From positions 123,358,218-123,422,217 of the forward strand of contig NC_068983.1 in assembly GCF_001194135.2 (NCBI RefSeq): a stretch of DNA of 64,000 nt. The letters are read 5' to 3'. Position numbers and translations under genes: made by a program. The stretch's first letter is position 1. The number at the start of each line of letters is the position of its first letter. This DNA is from Octopus bimaculoides (Eukaryota). Of the stretch, positions 58,851-64,000 are shown one piece after another. A model generated the notes under the pieces. That model saw only the letters and a program-made list of their open reading frames with translations, was not told the DNA's origin and searched no databases.

Positions 58851-60729
58851 GAACTTGCAGGCTGTGTAATACAGGAAGGCATCCTTTGCGTTTCGGAAAA
58901 CGACCTTACAAGAGTCATGGTACTAAGTAAAAAGCTTTTTTCGTCTTGCAGGGAGAGCATTTTCACCAAATGTCATTAGCTGTTTTCTTCACCGAAGCTG
59001 TCACTGTGCATTAGCAGGCGAACCACTTGGCGGACATGAGGTTGTAGATTTGGTGATGTATTGGAAGGACGTATCTAAGAGGGTAGTTTCTGTCACTTGC
59101 CAGCTATTTCTGATAGGTGAGAAGCGAAGTATGTGTGTTGCAAGGGATTGTTACCATAGAACTGACGGATGCAATGCGTTGAACACTTTCAGTAACAAAA
59201 CGATCCCCTACAAATATAAAGATTGAAATATTAGCTAGCAAGATATCTTTCATTGTTACTTAACAGAAATAGACGGAAATGTTCTGACTAAATAATTTAG
59301 TTACAGACTCATTCTTTACTGCTGTGACAGTTTATATCTTGGGAATATGTCTCCTTTAATATCGATTTTATCAGAGTTGTCTCTTGTTTCTCGGATTGCT
59401 TTTATTGTTGTTTGGATCTACGATCCAGGTCAAACCCGCAGGATAGAACTCTGATTAAAGGTACTCCATCCTGACCATCCCATTTTTTTTCAGGCACAGT
59501 TTATCTAGAGCTATATTATCCAAAAATGTACTTTTTAAAAAGACCGTAATTCAAAGACTGCAATTCAAAGATATGGCTGCTATTTGTAACAGTTCGTGCA
59601 ACCACCTATTTCTCCTGTAACCTTCAACCATTCACCAAGAACATCAACCACATTGATCTTACTTGCCTCGGAGGATCGAGTCTTCAAAGAATATTACTAC
59701 TATCCCTTTACTCCAGACCAAAACTTTACTAAACAGCATGTAACTACGTACAAAATACTTGGCCCAGATTTGTAATATGGAAAAAGCCAACTTGCAGAGT
59801 CAGATTTGGAAGAGAGTTGCATTTTAGAGATATCAAAATAAGCCAGCACACTCCAGAACAATATGCAAAAAAAAAAAATAATAAATGACAACGATGCATA
59901 TTTCGTTATCGATGAAAAGACAGGATTTAAATTTGATGGGATATTTTAAAGACTAAATAAATAAAATAAGTTTAATTTTTTTAAGAAAAAATATCAATTT
60001 GAATGAAGTACTTGAAACTGAACTTTCTTGTCAAGTTTGGTAATGTTTACTTTTATGTGTATTTGAGAAAATCTTAAAAGTTGATACAGATGCACGTCAG
60101 TGAGTCCTTACCTAGATTTTACTAATTTCAGTTTCGAGGTTGTGCCAAAAATATTACAATCGAACCGACATCAATCTACGAGATTGCACTATTAGAATGG
60201 AAAGCTCCAAACCTGAGTCTTAAATATCATGTAATTGTCGACATCAAGTTCTTTACACGTAGAGTATATAATTTGTGTATTTTACACAAGATCCGTTTCT
60301 ATTTACTTAAATGACCATGGATTAAGGTCTATTACTATACAATATTGTGAAGGCGCATGGCTCAGTGGTTAGAAAGTTGGGCTTACAATCGTGTGGTTGT
60401 GAGTTTGATTCCAGGACCGGGTTGTGTGTTGTGTTCTTGAGCAAGATACTTTATTTTACGTTGCTCCAATTCGCTCAGCTGTAGAAATAAGTTGCGACGT
60501 CATTGGTGCTAAGTTGTATCAGCCTTTGTTTTGCCTTGGGTAATATCGGTGCCGTGGAGAGGGGAGGGGACTGGTATGCATGGGCAACTGCTGATCTTCC
60601 ACAAACAGCCTTGCTCGGACTTGTGCCTTGGAGAGGTACTTCCTAGGTGCAATTCCATGGTCATTTGTGACCTTTCACTGTACATTATTAAAGTGAAACT
60701 AGAATCCAATGAACATAATGTATTTTGTA

Positions 60730-60995
60730 CAATGGTTCTTAACCATTTTAGCAAATCAATGATCTTCTGCGACCCATTATTCTGATAGGGTACATTTAAG
60801 ATTTAGAAGGAAAATATTCATCAGTTATTGCTTGTATGAAATGCTGTGTTGTATAACACAGGATTTATTGTATAACATTTATGAACATTTCACATTTTAT
60901 CAACAATTTCAAAGTTAAAGATTTTGTCTCTGCAATCGTTTTAAAATTATGTCGCTACACAATTTGGATCTCGACCCATAGGATGAGAACTGGCA
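60730..60995. mobile_element. Possible hAT-type MITE
   Basis: CAATGGTTCTTAACC ... GACCCATAGGATGAGAACTGG resembles decayed Charlie-type termini; no TSD found. Confidence 0.35.
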
Positions 60996-61383
60996 GGGCC
61001 CACTTCTGAAAGTATTGGTACTTTGGGCAGTTGCCCAGACCGCCACATCATATGTTTGGGATCTTCCATATACAAACAGTAAAATGTGAAAATAAGAAAT
61101 AAAATGAAATAAAAAGAAAATATGAAAATTCCTTGATTGGTGTCAAGATTATTTTCCGTGTATGTGAAATGTTTAATGAGTAATTTCTCATGCAGTCTAT
61201 CATTTCTCGATTATTTTAGATAAACTGTTTTAGATCGGAATAACTTCGTCTTCAAATTACAGTGAGAAGCTCCACATTTGTCTACTGGAGTGGATAATCA
61301 AATAAAATTTCCAGGTAATATATGCAAAAATATTATGGTATCTCACACAACTCGTTGAATATGTATCTTAGATAATTTACTGT

Positions 61384-61420
<37 letters not shown>

Positions 61421-61654
61421 CACTTACTCGACACATATCTAACACTGGATATGTTCCTTACACACACTGACATTTAACTAACACACGTATAACTCCCGCC
61501 ATATATCTACCTGAATTCAGCTGAGACTTACCTGTCACACTTAGCAAATGTTTATTGTAAGGGTGATACTTAAATCATCCAATATAGAAATAATACAATC
61601 AAATGAAGTCGTTGTTAATTGGTGTTTTGTATTTTTCTTTTATTTATCTTTTCT

Positions 61655-61941
61655 CTTTTATCTTTTACTTGTTTCAGTCATTAGATTGCGACCATGCTGG
61701 AGCATCACCTTAGAGAATTTTTAGTCGAATGAATCGACCCCAGTACTTATTGTTTTCTAAGCCTGGTCCTTTTTCTATTGGTTTCTTTTGCTGAACTGCT
61801 AAGTTACGGGGACGTAAACACACCAGCACCGGTTGTCAAGCGGTGATGGGGAACAAACACAGACACAAAGACACAAAAATACACACACACACACGTGTGC
61901 GTGCGCGTGCGCGCGCNNNNNNNNNNNNNNNNNNNNNNNNN

Positions 61942-61987
<46 letters not shown>

Positions 61988-62110
61988 GACAACACGTTTA
62001 TTTCACTTTCCGTCTGCCAAATCCACTCACAAGGCTTTGGTCAGCCCGAGGCTATACTAGAAGATACTTGCCCAAGGTGCCATGCAGTAGTTGGGATACA
62101 AGCTTCTTAT
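61655..62110 (-). mobile_element. SINE family B copy containing (CA)n and a gap
   Basis: Reverse complement of the family B consensus. Confidence 0.75.
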
Positions 62111-62503
62111 CACGCTTAGATTTCTTTTTTCTTTCGTAAGAATTTCTTGTTCCTAAATTGCACGAAGGTAACCTTCACGGAGAGATGTTGCATAATAGTT
62201 CCTTCCTGGCATAAAGTACTCCTACCCCTAATGTGATAAGTATCTATGCACCTCTGTAGAAAATCTGGTTCATCCTACAAATAAAACAAGTGGACGCTGT
62301 CAGGCAGTTTCCTGCGAACTAATGAGAATTTCTTAGTCGAATGAACTTCTACAGACTTTTCATTTTGCATTGTACAGAAACGACTTATTGTAGCTTAACC
62401 GAAAACAGAAAAACGAAGAAAATTATTTTAACAGCAATAGAACTGGACTTTATTTACATTATTTACATTTGACGGATATTTGTCCTCATCTTATTTGTTG
62501 TTT

Positions 62504-62547
62504 ACACAACGTTTCGGCTGAGATACTCTCCAGCCTTCATCAGGTGT
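62504..62547 (-). ncRNA. Minimal type I hammerhead ribozyme motif in a Penelope/retrozyme-like repeat
   Basis: Minus strand: ACAC-CTGATGA-A-GGCT(G)GAGA/gta/TCTC-AGCC-GAAA-CG-TT^GTGT. Intact core, helix I ACAC/GTGT, helix II, palindromic AACGTT helix III. Confidence 0.7.
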
Positions 62548-62595
62548 CTTGGGGAAATTTCAAACCTGGGTTCTCATTCCTAAGGTATTTTTCGA

Positions 62596-62639
62596 TGTTG
62601 TTGTTGTTGTTGTTCTTCTTCTTCTTCTTCTTCTTCTTC

Positions 62640-62690
<51 letters not shown>

Positions 62691-62703
62691 TTATTATTAT
62701 TAT
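62596..62703. repeat. Compound trinucleotide tract (TTG)n(TTC)n(TTA)n
   Basis: Read directly from the sequence. Confidence 0.9.
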
Positions 62704-63437
62704 TCAGGTCACTGCCTGGAATCGAATTGGACTTGTTTAACAATATTAAAAAAAGAATTGTGTAAAGTTACCTTTTTGACACATCCAATAGAAGATGAAC
62801 TCTTTAGGAGAGGCCTCAGATGTTGGAATCGCTGTTGTCTTGAAACTGTTTTTTCATGGGTCATGGTTCATAGCTCAAGATTTAGTCATTATTTTCTAAG
62901 TGTCTGAAAGCAGCTGAATGCAAATGCATTTTCCGCTGAATTTTATTTGACTGTAAAACACTTTCGTCATTTACTTGAAGGATGGAAATTTGTTATCTAC
63001 ACTGATCATAATCTGTTAACCTTCGAGCTGCAGTTAAAATCAGATAAACACTGTACCAGAGAAATTTGACATCATGATTTACATCACAATTTGCTGGCGA
63101 AATTTGATATATAAAGAGAGCCAGTAACAGTCCTGTAGATGCTTTATCTTGTGTTTTTGTTAGATTTTTTTAATATTCTTTTTATTGTTTTTATGAGTTT
63201 CTTACATTCATTGGCTTAAATTAAGAAAAATTGCGGCTGACCTGGAAACAGATGAAGAATTACTGTAACTACGAGATTCGTCAAAATAGAGATGGAGGAG
63301 GAACCGGACAATGGGAGAATCAGTGTAAGAATGTGTGTATAGTTAAAGATGATGACAATGAAGTTGTTTGAAAAGGAAAGAGGATTGGAACGATGGTTAG
63401 GCCTTGAAATCGCGGATTGAGAATATTTCCATCAACA

Positions 63438-63662
63438 TAGGTACAGGAGTGGCTGTGTGGTAAGAAGTTTACTTCTTAACCACATGATTCTAGGTTCAAT
63501 CCCACTGCATGGCACCTTGGGCAAATCAAATGTCTTCTACTATTACCTCGGACTGACCAAAGCTTTGTGAGTTGACGGAAACTGAAATTTGGAAGACGGA
63601 AACTAAAATGAGCCTGTCATTTATGTGTGTGTGTGTGTGTGTGTATGTGTGTGTGTATCTTC

Positions 63663-63695
<33 letters not shown>

Positions 63696-63905
63696 CTTCT
63701 TTGTGTGTGTGTGTGTGTGTGTGTGCTGCTTTACAGCCGGTGCTGGTGTGCTTACGTCCTGGCAACATAGCAGTTCGGCAAAAGATAGAGTAAATACCAG
63801 GCTTTAAAAAGCAAGTACTGGGATCGATTCATTCGGCTAAAATTCTTAAAGGAGGTGTCCCAGCTTGGCCGCAGTCCAATAACTGAAACAAGTAAAAGAT
63901 AAAAA
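63438..63905 (+). mobile_element. SINE family B copy
   Basis: ggagtggctgtgtggtaag head, (TG)n middle, actgaaacaagtaaaag tail. Confidence 0.75.
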
Positions 63906-63926
63906 ATTTTGCATACATACACAATG

Positions 63927-63929
<3 letters not shown>

Positions 63930-63992
<63 letters not shown>
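63930..63992. repeat. (CA)n microsatellite
   Basis: Read directly from the sequence; similar runs at 61386-61418 and 61942-61985. Confidence 0.95.

Positions 63993-64000
<8 letters not shown>

Larger units (their letters stand above)
62440..62740 (-). mobile_element. Penelope-like non-autonomous element with hammerhead and compound (TTG)n(TTC)n(TTA)n tract
   Basis: CTGATGA...CGAAACG terminus typical of PLE pseudo-LTRs; sits between two parts of a Gypsy remnant. Boundaries approximate. Confidence 0.5.
62250..63150 (+). mobile_element. Gypsy RT-thumb/RNase H remnant split by the Penelope-like insertion
   Basis: KVDAVRQFP..FLSRMNFYRLFI (about 62290-62370) and YLTVKHFRHLLEGWKFVIYTDHN.LTF..SPVDALS (about 62940-63150). 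Confidence 0.7.

Noticed and set aside
58466-58969. 167-aa minus-strand ORF
   Set aside because: No recognisable domain, runs through an (AG)n repeat, and overlaps the promoter-like region.
60132-60322. Plus-strand open stretch FRGCAKNITIEPTS..LLEWKAP, vaguely fibronectin III-like, after a ttcag acceptor
   Set aside because: No convincing donor, the frame does not join the 59116 candidate exon, and similarity is too short to call.
62771-62910. Minus-strand exon-like segment ending AAAAAG|GTAACT
   Set aside because: No recognisable product and it lies inside the Gypsy remnant.
55253-64000. DHFR as the head-to-head neighbour of MSH3
   Set aside because: No DHFR-like peptide (IVA..GIG..LPW) was seen on the plus strand within the window.

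Overview
Eukaryotic, AT-rich, repeat-dense genomic DNA with six N gaps. The SINE/RTE/microsatellite content suggests an octopod cephalopod (inference). The window holds one complete protein-coding gene on the minus strand: the mismatch-repair gene MSH3 (MutS-beta subunit). I assembled it by hand into 21 GT-AG exons spanning 55170 to 4571 (3255 nt, 1084 aa plus stop) with consistent intron phases. It keeps the N-terminal PIP/MIP box, the MSH3-type GYKYRFFG motif and Walker A/B. Introns and flanks are filled with decayed transposons: RTE, R4/Dong-like, CRE-like and CR1/L2-like LINEs, Gypsy pol, hAT, Tigger, mariner, piggyBac-type MITEs and three tRNA-derived SINE families. The best second-look items are two Penelope/retrozyme-type hammerhead ribozyme folds (62504-62547 minus, 9922-9958 plus), a CRE-clade retrotransposon about 0.4 kb upstream of the MSH3 start codon, a GRHP-to-GCNP change in the MSH3 ATPase domain, a possible bidirectional promoter and an orphan NRF1/CCAAT promoter-like island, and several intronic inverted repeats that could form dsRNA. 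No novel multi-gene system is supported. All family calls are by eye and need database confirmation.
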